From Candidatus Babeliales bacterium (GTDB lineage Bacteria > Babelota > Babeliae > Babelales > Vermiphilaceae), in contig CAVUQO010000002.1 in the NCBI GenBank assembly GCA_963743635.1, forward strand, positions 530,568 through 594,567: a stretch of DNA of 64,000 bases, read 5' to 3'. Positions 49,762 to 58,366 of the stretch are shown in pieces. Numbering within the stretch: position 1 is the first letter of the stretch; each line of letters begins with the position of its first letter. A model generated the notes under the pieces. The model was not told the origin of the DNA, ran no database searches, and worked only from the letters and a program-made list of their open reading frames with translations. The translations under genes were made by a program, and so were the position numbers.

Positions 49762-51033
49762 ATGAAGCATGTTGTTTACGTAATGATGATGAGTGTAGTG
49801 TGTAGTATGCCGATAGAGATACGGGCCACATTTGCACTTGGTGTTGAAAATATTCCTCATAATTTTTTCCCGAAAATGAAAAAGGATTTGGGGCGTCCAG
49901 TGCGCGTTGGGCTCATTACCAATCAAACGGGTGTAACGCAAAGTGGAGAAAGAACGCTTGATGTACTGCGCAAACATGGCGTTGAGGTAAAGCGTTTATT
50001 TGTGCCCGAACATGGGTATGATGGTACGGCAGGAGCAGCGGTGCCGATCGATGATACGGTTGATGCGCAAACAGGTCTTGAAGTGGTTAGTTTGTATGGA
50101 AAAAAATTCTTCGGAAAAATAGGTACCAAAAAAATATCGCGGCATGCAATTGATGATCTTGATCTTTTGGTGTTTGATATCCAAGATTCTGGCATGCGTC
50201 ACTATACGTACATTTCGACCTTGCTTGATGTGATGAAAGCAGTTGCGCATGAAAAAAAACGTTTAGTGGTGCTTGATCGTCCAAATCCGCTTGGCGTATC
50301 GATGGAGGGAACGCTTGTTGAACCTCGTTATATATCATTTGTCTCAATAGCGCCAATTCCGGTGCGTCATGGTATGACTGTGGGAGAACTTGCGCGTTAT
50401 TTCAATCGTTTTGTGCTCACTGATCGTGCGCACTTAACCGTTATTCCTATGCGCGATTATGATCGATCTAAAGGATTTAATGGTGCATTCCTCGCCTATC
50501 TCTCTCCCGGGATTCGTGAAGAGGGTGCGGTCTATGGATATAGTTTCTTGGGGTTATTAGGCGAAGTGCGTCCTTTTAATTTCAAGCGCGGACTCAATAA
50601 AAAATATCAGTGTCTTGGGGTATTAAGTAGCGCCATTCAAGGCAAGGAGGGCGTACTAACCAAGATAGATACATTGCTTTCCAAGTATGGCATTCCACAC
50701 GTAGCCTATAAAGATGAAAAATATGAAGGCTTTGAATTGGATCTTAAGAATGCGAATTTTAATTCATTTTCTTTGTTAGTGAATATACTCAAAACATTTC
50801 GAGAATATGGCGTAGAAATTAGTTTTGCAAAAGATTTTGATTGGTCTGCAGGGACTGATAAGGTCAAACAGTTTGTAATGGGCAAAATGAAAAGCCAAGA
50901 CTTCATCGAGTATATTAATACGAATCTTAAAAAATTTTATGATGAAGCAAAGCCGATATTTTTATATCATCCCTATCTAGCACCAAAATACATACGTAAA
51001 TCAGGAGAGGTTAATAAACCCGCTATAGCATAG
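49762..51033 (+). CDS. Exo-beta-N-acetylmuramidase NamZ (DUF1343) family
   Basis: RVGLITNQTG, FVPEHG, FDIQDSGMRHYTY, LDRPNPLG, RHGMTVGELA. Confidence 0.9.
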   Translation: MKHVVYVMMMSVVCSMPIEIRATFALGVENIPHNFFPKMKKDLGRPVRVGLITNQTGVTQSGERTLDVLRKHGVEVKRLFVPEHGYDGTAGAAVPIDDTVDAQTGLEVVSLYGKKFFGKIGTKKISRHAIDDLDLLVFDIQDSGMRHYTYISTLLDVMKAVAHEKKRLVVLDRPNPLGVSMEGTLVEPRYISFVSIAPIPVRHGMTVGELARYFNRFVLTDRAHLTVIPMRDYDRSKGFNGAFLAYLSPGIREEGAVYGYSFLGLLGEVRPFNFKRGLNKKYQCLGVLSSAIQGKEGVLTKIDTLLSKYGIPHVAYKDEKYEGFELDLKNANFNSFSLLVNILKTFREYGVEISFAKDFDWSAGTDKVKQFVMGKMKSQDFIEYINTNLKKFYDEAKPIFLYHPYLAPKYIRKSGEVNKPAIA

Positions 51034-51044
51034 TTTTCCTGAAC

Positions 51045-52523
51045 ATGATACGATGTAACGCAGTGTTCTATTATATTTTATATAGTTTTGGAAAACGCGT
51101 GATTGCAGGAATTTGGGAAGAATTTTTAATGCTCGTCAAAGAGGAAGCCGGGAGCCGAGTGGTAGAAACTTGGTTCAAGGCAGTCTCGTTGCGCAGTTGG
51201 GATTCGCAAGAGCAAATTGTCTACCTTGAAGCTCCCAACCAATTTGTGCGTGATTGGATCAAAAATAATTATATTTCGTTAATACAACGCATATTGCAGC
51301 GATTGCTCAATGTTGAATCGATTAAGGTTCAGTTGGTAGATGCGGCTCAGCTGCAATCTCTTAACAAACAACCCACTCCGATACATGATCCGGAAGTGAT
51401 TCAGCCCGCGACCAAAACATCGCTGACCTACACAGAAATAAATCAAAAAAGTAGTGCGATTGCACCCCATGCGGTTTATCGTCAGTGGAATGGGATCAAT
51501 ACCAGTTATTCATTTGATACTTTTATTGTCGGTCCATCAAACTCTCTTGCCTATGCAGCATCTCAAGCAGTGGCTGAAAAGCCGGGGCAAATGTATAATC
51601 CATTATTTATTTATGGCGGTTCAGGTCTTGGTAAGACTCATTTGTTGCATGCGATTGGCAATGAGATTAGTCGCAAGGATAAGAAGGCAAAGATTGTGTA
51701 TCAAACGACTGATCGTTTTGTGAATGAATTTATTCATGCAATCCGTTTTGATCAGATGCATAAATTTCAAGCAAAATATAAAGATATTGATGTGCTTTTG
51801 ATTGATGATGTGCAATTTATTTCCAATAAAGAGCAAACGCAAGAAGCATTTTTTCATATCTTTAATGCACTCTATGAAGCGCGCAAGCAGATTATTTTTT
51901 CGAGTGATACCTACCCACAAAAAATTGAGGGTATTGCAGAGCGCTTGCGTTCGAGATTGGCGTGGGGATTGGTAACTGATATTTATGCACCACCACTGGA
52001 AACAAAAGTAGCTATATTGAAAAAGAAAGCGGAAATGAGTATGGAACCGTTACCCGATGACGTTGCTCATTTTATTGCATCACAGATGTTTTCTAATATT
52101 CGCGAACTTGAGGGTGCTTTGGTGCGGGTTATGGCATTTGCATCTTTAACCAGACAGCAAGTGAATTTAGAACTTGCGCAGAAAGTATTAGTGAGTACGG
52201 TGAGTTCAAATAAGTCACGCTCGGTGGGTTTTGATAGTATTATTCAATCAATACAGAAATATTATTCATATTCATTGAGTGATCTTTGCTCTAAAGCGCG
52301 TAATAAAGATCTTTCATTTGCACGGCAAGTGGCAATGTATCTGATGAAGAAAACCACCGATAAATCATTGCGCGATATTGGAGAGTATCTGGGCAATCGA
52401 GATCACTCTACCGTGATGTATGCGGTTGAGAAGGTTGAAAAACGATCAAAAAAAGATGCAGAGTTTAATCTAAAACTTGAACGCATGATGCATGACATTA
52501 CGCATCAGTCACAACAATCTTAG
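51045..52523 (+). CDS. dnaA: Chromosomal replication initiator DnaA (true start possibly GTG at 51099)
   Basis: YNPLFIYGGSGLGKTHLLHAIG, LLIDDVQF, RLRSR, NIRELEGAL, RDHSTVMYA. Confidence 0.98.
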   Translation: MIRCNAVFYYILYSFGKRVIAGIWEEFLMLVKEEAGSRVVETWFKAVSLRSWDSQEQIVYLEAPNQFVRDWIKNNYISLIQRILQRLLNVESIKVQLVDAAQLQSLNKQPTPIHDPEVIQPATKTSLTYTEINQKSSAIAPHAVYRQWNGINTSYSFDTFIVGPSNSLAYAASQAVAEKPGQMYNPLFIYGGSGLGKTHLLHAIGNEISRKDKKAKIVYQTTDRFVNEFIHAIRFDQMHKFQAKYKDIDVLLIDDVQFISNKEQTQEAFFHIFNALYEARKQIIFSSDTYPQKIEGIAERLRSRLAWGLVTDIYAPPLETKVAILKKKAEMSMEPLPDDVAHFIASQMFSNIRELEGALVRVMAFASLTRQQVNLELAQKVLVSTVSSNKSRSVGFDSIIQSIQKYYSYSLSDLCSKARNKDLSFARQVAMYLMKKTTDKSLRDIGEYLGNRDHSTVMYAVEKVEKRSKKDAEFNLKLERMMHDITHQSQQS

Positions 52524-52550
52524 TCTATATTTACGGCGCGTGCCGTTACC

Positions 52551-53603
52551 TCAATACAACTGAATGGTTCGTGAAGATTTTTCTTGTAATGCAAGTAGAT
52601 CTTTCTTGGTGCAAAAGATCATATCCTTACTGCATTTATCAATAAGATACATATAGTAGGATGTGTAGTTATCAAAACGCGGTATTTCCTTAAGGCCTAC
52701 CATTGTTGGAAAATGTTCTGTATCTACGATTGCTATTTTGCCCGTAGTTCTTTCGAACATAAAATTTGGAATATGGGGATCGATCCACATATCAAGATAA
52801 TTGCACAAATCTAATGACATGCGCGTATGCTCTTTGTTATACATTGAGAGGCTTTCGCCACAATCAATAGCATCAGCTACAATTCCATAGACGGCAGGGA
52901 TGTGCGTCATGATTGTTTTTTCGGGACCAATATTTTTGCCGGTTATTTCCATCCATTCTGCTTTTTTTGGCATCCAGAACCATTTTCGTGGAGTAACCAC
53001 TCGTTCTGACCAATATGCACTTTGGGCGAGCCGTTCATTGATAACGTGAAGATTCTTGATGCGCGTAAAACCACTTAAATGGCGATTCACTCCACCACCC
53101 ATATAAAAGAAAAAGGTTGGCTCAAAGCCCTTGTCGAATGGCTTTACAAATGATTTGGGGTTTTCCATGAATAGTTTTAGAACAAGAGGATAGTCATTAA
53201 ACTTGACGATCAGGAGTCCGCACTGCTGCCAGCGATTAAAGTTATGGTCAACCAATATGGTGAAGTGGCTATAGTTTTTTTTCTTTTTTCGGACTTCCTT
53301 GAGAAGTACTTCAATCTGATCCTTGAGGATCTTGCTATCAACCGACTGCCCTTGGTCAAAGGAAATTTTGCCAGGAATGGCCTGTTCCATCAAAAAGTCT
53401 TTATCGAAGGTCTCGAATATAGGATATTTTTCGAGGTGACGACTGCTTAATTTATAGGTTTTTTTTTCTCCCAGAAGGCGCGTCGTAATCTCAGGAGTCC
53501 GTGGATCCTTGGGGCGATGCACACTTCTACCCTGAAGGGTGGCAAAGGAGGCAATAAAAATGATCAAGCAGGCATATGCCAGGCTATTAATTTTTTGGTT
53601 CAC
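52551..53603 (-). CDS. Exported hypothetical protein, possibly kinase-like
   Basis: 350-aa ORF with signal peptide; LVLKLF, DPHIPNFM and IVDTE loosely resemble kinase-fold motifs. Confidence 0.7.
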   Translation of the reverse strand: MNQKINSLAYACLIIFIASFATLQGRSVHRPKDPRTPEITTRLLGEKKTYKLSSRHLEKYPIFETFDKDFLMEQAIPGKISFDQGQSVDSKILKDQIEVLLKEVRKKKKNYSHFTILVDHNFNRWQQCGLLIVKFNDYPLVLKLFMENPKSFVKPFDKGFEPTFFFYMGGGVNRHLSGFTRIKNLHVINERLAQSAYWSERVVTPRKWFWMPKKAEWMEITGKNIGPEKTIMTHIPAVYGIVADAIDCGESLSMYNKEHTRMSLDLCNYLDMWIDPHIPNFMFERTTGKIAIVDTEHFPTMVGLKEIPRFDNYTSYYMYLIDKCSKDMIFCTKKDLLALQEKSSRTIQLY

Positions 53604-53918
53604 GAATATCGTTGAGACCTATATGGTAAGGGGTTTAAGCTCTTAAGATCCAATGTATAGAAATAGGGTAACCCGTGTCAAATGGTTTTCGCTATTTAAT
53701 TCGATAATAACACCTATTTTGTCTCTTAAAAAGCATATTCTTGTTCGCCGGGTTTGTATTTGGTAATATCAGTATAGCATTTTTGAAAAAGACTACAAAT
53801 AGAAATAGTTGCACCCATTTGATGTTATCCGCGAGCTGAGGTATGGTGATAGTAAGGAGTGTATTAAAAGGAGTAGTAAAAAGGATATGGGTACCCCTCA
53901 GAATACGGAGGATGGGGC

Positions 53919-54431
53919 ATGGAACGACAAAGCGCAATGCTCAATTATTTGAGCCATTTACCACGCAAAATGTTGTTACTTCATGATCATGATGCTATCG
54001 CTGAACTTGTTTTACACGAGTTATGTAGCGAGCGTTGCTTTAATCTCAACAAAGCAGTTTATTTCGTAGACAATCCTGACTTTGACTGCATGAAAGGCGT
54101 TGCTGGTTTTTCTCGTGAGGAGGCCTTTAAGGAAGGCGAACGTATGTGGGCAGATCCCCATGCATTCACGGAATACATCAAAACGGCGCCATTCAATCAA
54201 AAAGTACGCAATATGCAACGATCGAGCATGAAGCTTCATAAGGAATCAGATGACGCTATAATACGTTCATTGGCCGAAGAATGTGCCATTGTGAAACCAG
54301 AATGTCATATGTGGGATATGAAGCATAACAATCGTGGTGTATTTATTTATGAGAAATCAGCAGATGCATGCAACGTGGAAGAGTATATACAAAATGGCGT
54401 GTGTCTACTTAGTTTTTGTCCTATCAGCTAA
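53919..54431 (+). CDS. Hypothetical protein, possibly a stand-alone GAF-like domain
   Basis: FNLNKAVYFVD...MKGVAG resembles GAF segments of sensor proteins (weak). Confidence 0.65.
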   Translation: MERQSAMLNYLSHLPRKMLLLHDHDAIAELVLHELCSERCFNLNKAVYFVDNPDFDCMKGVAGFSREEAFKEGERMWADPHAFTEYIKTAPFNQKVRNMQRSSMKLHKESDDAIIRSLAEECAIVKPECHMWDMKHNNRGVFIYEKSADACNVEEYIQNGVCLLSFCPIS

Positions 54432-55596
54432 AGAATGGCTTTAAACCAGGCAGTGGTGTACCACTTAAGTAGCTTAAGGTTGCACCACCGCCGGTTGAAA
54501 GGTAACTAAGATCATCCGCATAGCCCAATAATTCTGCGGCAGCGACTGAATCCCCGCCAGCAATTACCGAAAACCCATGCGAAGCCGCCATGGCATTCAA
54601 GAGGGCTTCCATGCCGCCCAGCGTTTCTTTGCGGGCAACGGCGCCCATCAAACCATTATAAAAAATAGTTTCTGAATTTCGAATAACGTCTCCAAAAAGA
54701 GCATACGTTTTTGGTCCAATCGCAATACCAACGCCATCGCGGGAAAACTGATCAGCATCCACGTGAGAAAGAGGTCCTTCAAAAGATCCCTGTGCAATCT
54801 GATAATCGAGTGGAAAGAATATCTTTACGTTATATTGGTGTGCTTGCTCAAGCAGCTCTTTGCACGTTTCGAGCCTCGCATCATCTACGAGTGATTTACC
54901 AACAGGCTTTCCAAGAGCTTTCAAGAAGCTAAATACAATCGCGGGGCACAATAGCAGGTTATCAATATGAGGCATAAGATTTTTAATGAGCGGAATTTTA
55001 CTATCCACCTTGCCACCGCCAAGTATCAGCGTGAATGGTCGGGTTGGTTTTTCAATCAAATGATTCAGATGTTTCAGTTCATCTTCAATCAAAAAACCGA
55101 TGGAGCGACGATCATGAGGAAAAAGCTCGGCAAGCAAGGTAATTGAAGTATCGTTACGATGGAGTAGTGCGAATGCATCATTCACATAATAATCGATTCC
55201 TTGAGCGAGATCTTGCGCGAAAAAGAGATCGTGTAATCGTTCACCCTTATAGAAACGCATATTTTCAAGCAGTATAATGGAGCCTGGATGCTCTTTCATG
55301 AGCGTGGGTACTGCATTAAGATCAGGCGCAAATAGCACCGTGTATCCATGAATTTTAAACCACGGCACAAGATGTCGCGTTGAAAGTTCGGGTTCATTAT
55401 TTTCGGGGCGGCCAATATGAGTAGCGAGGACAATAGTTGCATGATGATCAACCAAAAATGAAAGCGTAGGTATTAAAGATTTTAGGCGATGATCATTGAG
55501 AATAATACCATTTTCGATTGGTACATTAAGATCTGCGCGAAGAAATACTGTCTTGCCATTAAGATTGAATGATTTGAGGTGAGAAGTGAGGTTCAA
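54424..55596 (-). CDS. pgk: Phosphoglycerate kinase
   Basis: FLRADLNVP, THIGRP, LLENMRF, YVNDAF, ILGGGKV, AGGDS, STGGGA. Confidence 0.97.
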   Translation of the reverse strand: MNLTSHLKSFNLNGKTVFLRADLNVPIENGIILNDHRLKSLIPTLSFLVDHHATIVLATHIGRPENNEPELSTRHLVPWFKIHGYTVLFAPDLNAVPTLMKEHPGSIILLENMRFYKGERLHDLFFAQDLAQGIDYYVNDAFALLHRNDTSITLLAELFPHDRRSIGFLIEDELKHLNHLIEKPTRPFTLILGGGKVDSKIPLIKNLMPHIDNLLLCPAIVFSFLKALGKPVGKSLVDDARLETCKELLEQAHQYNVKIFFPLDYQIAQGSFEGPLSHVDADQFSRDGVGIAIGPKTYALFGDVIRNSETIFYNGLMGAVARKETLGGMEALLNAMAASHGFSVIAGGDSVAAAELLGYADDLSYLSTGGGATLSYLSGTPLPGLKPFFS

Positions 55597-55607
55597 GGTT
55601 TATTCCT

Positions 55608-56846
55608 TTAGGCTTCAAAACGCAATACGTTCGAGATATTAATTTTACGTGCTGAGCGCGCTGAAAAAAGTGTTGCGCAAAAACTCATGCCAAGAATCAG
55701 TGCAAATACGCAGACGTATATCGGCATATCTAATGCAACGGGCAGATTGGTAAAATAATAGGCGTCAGGAAGTTCAATGATTGGATATTGTTCAATGAGA
55801 AATCCAAGTATGGATGCAAGTATGAGTCCTGCGAGAGAGGCTGCGGTGCTGATAATCATGCCGATTGCTATAAAGATACGTTCTATTGCGGCATGGCTCA
55901 TGCCAATTGCTTGAAGAATAGCAATATCACCGCGTTTTTGCGTAATCTGCATAAATAAAACCGATATGATATTCATGCTTGCCACTAACACAATGAGTGC
56001 GAGTATAAGACCCATTGCATATTTTTCAATTTTAAGTGCCGAAACAAGCGCGGGATAAAGATCTTGCCAAGAATACACTTCCATTGCAAAGCGACAGCGC
56101 AATCGTTCGATGATCTCCTCTTCATTCACGTTTGGATAGAGCGCTATGTTGAGTTGCGTGATGCCGGCTTCAGGAAACATCTCTTGCAAAAAACCGAGTG
56201 TGCAAAAAGCAACGCCGGAATCAAATTCATCAATACCAGTTTTGAATGTGCCGCCAATTGATGCATTTACACGTTCAAGATTAATTTTTTTGCTGCGCGA
56301 ATGAGTATCTTGCGTAATGAGCAAATATACCGCATCTTCGGGTAAAAGATTCATGCTTTCAGCAAGTTTGTCACCAATGATAATATGATTTTTTGTAACA
56401 CTATCGGGTAATGTTTTTGAACGTCCTGGTATGATATGCGTTATTTTTTGATTGAGTGCAGTGGTAAGTTCTTCTTTTTCAGGATCAATACCTTTCAGGA
56501 GTACTACCGTACTGATATCATCTGAAGCAGGATGTTGAATAATTGCCTGCCGCGTATCGCTCGGGCTCCATGCGCGAATTTCCGGAAATTCTTCTTTTAA
56601 AATGGGCGCCATTTCATCTATCGCCAGTATATCTCCACGAGCGCGCATAATAATTTGTGCATGAATGCTTTGTAATTTTTGATGAGTAACTTTTTCGATC
56701 CCATTCATGACGCCCAGTACGAGCGCGAGTGCACATGAACCAATTAAAATACCTAAAAAGCAGACTTTAATCATAACGGAAATAGTACGTTCCTGCTTAG
56801 GGCCACGCAGATAGCGCCATGCGAGAAACAGTGAGACTGTTTTCAT
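55608..56846 (-). CDS. LolC/E-type (FtsX-like) ABC transporter permease
   Basis: FLAWRYLR, LGVMNG, LIVLVASMNIIS...KRGDIAILQAIG, VLRFE. Confidence 0.88.
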   Translation of the reverse strand: MKTVSLFLAWRYLRGPKQERTISVMIKVCFLGILIGSCALALVLGVMNGIEKVTHQKLQSIHAQIIMRARGDILAIDEMAPILKEEFPEIRAWSPSDTRQAIIQHPASDDISTVVLLKGIDPEKEELTTALNQKITHIIPGRSKTLPDSVTKNHIIIGDKLAESMNLLPEDAVYLLITQDTHSRSKKINLERVNASIGGTFKTGIDEFDSGVAFCTLGFLQEMFPEAGITQLNIALYPNVNEEEIIERLRCRFAMEVYSWQDLYPALVSALKIEKYAMGLILALIVLVASMNIISVLFMQITQKRGDIAILQAIGMSHAAIERIFIAIGMIISTAASLAGLILASILGFLIEQYPIIELPDAYYFTNLPVALDMPIYVCVFALILGMSFCATLFSARSARKINISNVLRFEA

Positions 56847-56954
56847 GAAATGCCTTTGCTGAATTATAGTTTTTGTGTAAGGGTACTTGTAAAAAATACT
56901 GGTTTTTTCTAGGCTACCATAATAATAAACGATTACTATATAAAAGGCTCAGAT

Positions 56955-57623
56955 ATGAAGTTTAAGCAACTGCAACGTATTATTTTCTTAAGTTTTTTGG
57001 TCTTGCTTCCAAACTGTGGGCGTGTTATTGATTGGGGAATGAGCAATTTTTATCAAGGTGAAGAACGGGTTTATGACCGCTCTGTTATGACCAAGTATCT
57101 TCGTTCAGTACGGGTATATGATCAACTTCATACCGCTGCAATGTTTGATGCGCTCTGGTTATCTCCTGCAGTGCGTACTGTTTATGCGGATATGGTAAGT
57201 AATGTGTATGGTAAAAATGAAGAAAAACATAATGCCTTCTTGCGCAGACAACTTGAAGAGGCGCGTCATTTTATATCATTTTATGTGATAAGTACTTATG
57301 GAATTCCGTTGGGAGAGACAACGTCTGAGTGGGTTATTACCCTCCGTATTAATGGTGTATCATACGTGCCTATTGAATTGAAAAAAGTTGAACTGCCGCT
57401 TGAATACAAATCATTATTTGGCGATCGGCTTAATAAGTTTAAATTGCCGTATCTTCTTAAATTTGATGCATGCGATGTTGAGGATAATGCACTACTAGAG
57501 AATGCAGATACTATAGAGTTGGTATTCCGTTCTATAGATAGAGAGGCGGTCTTGGTTTGGAAAGTAGATCGTACAAAGGATGCTGATACTGGAGAAATCC
57601 AAGAGAAAGGGAGTGTGCAATGA
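56955..57623 (+). CDS. Hypothetical lipoprotein-like protein
   Basis: N-terminus ...FLVLLPNCG; overlaps the rpiB start by 4 nt. Confidence 0.7.
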   Translation: MKFKQLQRIIFLSFLVLLPNCGRVIDWGMSNFYQGEERVYDRSVMTKYLRSVRVYDQLHTAAMFDALWLSPAVRTVYADMVSNVYGKNEEKHNAFLRRQLEEARHFISFYVISTYGIPLGETTSEWVITLRINGVSYVPIELKKVELPLEYKSLFGDRLNKFKLPYLLKFDACDVEDNALLENADTIELVFRSIDREAVLVWKVDRTKDADTGEIQEKGSVQ

Positions 57624-58063
57624 ATGATATAGCAATTGGCGCGGATCATCGAGGATATCGCTATAAGATGAGCTTGATTAATAGGTTTAAGTTAGAAGGA
57701 CATACTATTAATTGGATTGACGTTGGTACCTATGATGAAACGCGTACTGATTATCCAAAATATGCTCAATTAGTGTGTGAAAAAATACAGAGTGGTGAAG
57801 CGCAGTACGGCATATTGATTTGCGGTACTGGCGCTGGTATGGCGATCGTAGCTAATCGCTACAAAGGGATTTATGCGGCCGTGGTCTGGAATGAACAGGC
57901 AGCGACATTAAGCAAGCAGTATGACAATGTTAATGTGCTCGTCATTCCCTCAGATTTCGTGACTGAAGATGAGGCGCACGAAATGGTACGTGCATGGTTT
58001 AGCGCAAGTTTCCTTGAAGGCCGCTATCAAAAGCGTATTACAATGATTGATGAGATGCCATAA
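57620..58063 (+). CDS. rpiB: Ribose-5-phosphate isomerase B
   Basis: IAIGADHRG, DYP, GILICGTGAGMAIVAN, FLEGRYQKRI. Confidence 0.95.
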   Translation: MNDIAIGADHRGYRYKMSLINRFKLEGHTINWIDVGTYDETRTDYPKYAQLVCEKIQSGEAQYGILICGTGAGMAIVANRYKGIYAAVVWNEQAATLSKQYDNVNVLVIPSDFVTEDEAHEMVRAWFSASFLEGRYQKRITMIDEMP

Positions 58064-58092
58064 TGAATGCGAGCCCGATGTAAGGAGCATTT

Positions 58093-58280
58093 ATCCCTTA
58101 TGTCCCGCGTTACGCTTCGCTACTAGGGACGAACGGGAGTGGATGTTTGTTTCAAGAATTGGTTTTTTTATATGAATTTATTTATGTTTTTTCCTTTAAT
58201 AATGCTTAATCTAACTGAGGATTTCCATCCCCGTTCGTCCCTAGTAGCCCGCAAGGGCGTAACGCGGGATATAAGGGGAT
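58093..58280. repeat. Inverted pair of REP-like elements with an AT-rich spacer
   Basis: atcccttatgtcccgcgttacgc-ttc-gctactagggacgaacggg and cccgttcgtccctagtagc-ccgcaagg-gcgtaacgcgggatataagg. Confidence 0.85.
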
Positions 58281-58366
58281 CAATAGCTTTAATGAAACAT
58301 TAGCATAGAGAGGCCCGGTTTTCACCGGGCCTTCGTATTACTACGCAAATTCAATTGCTACAAATT

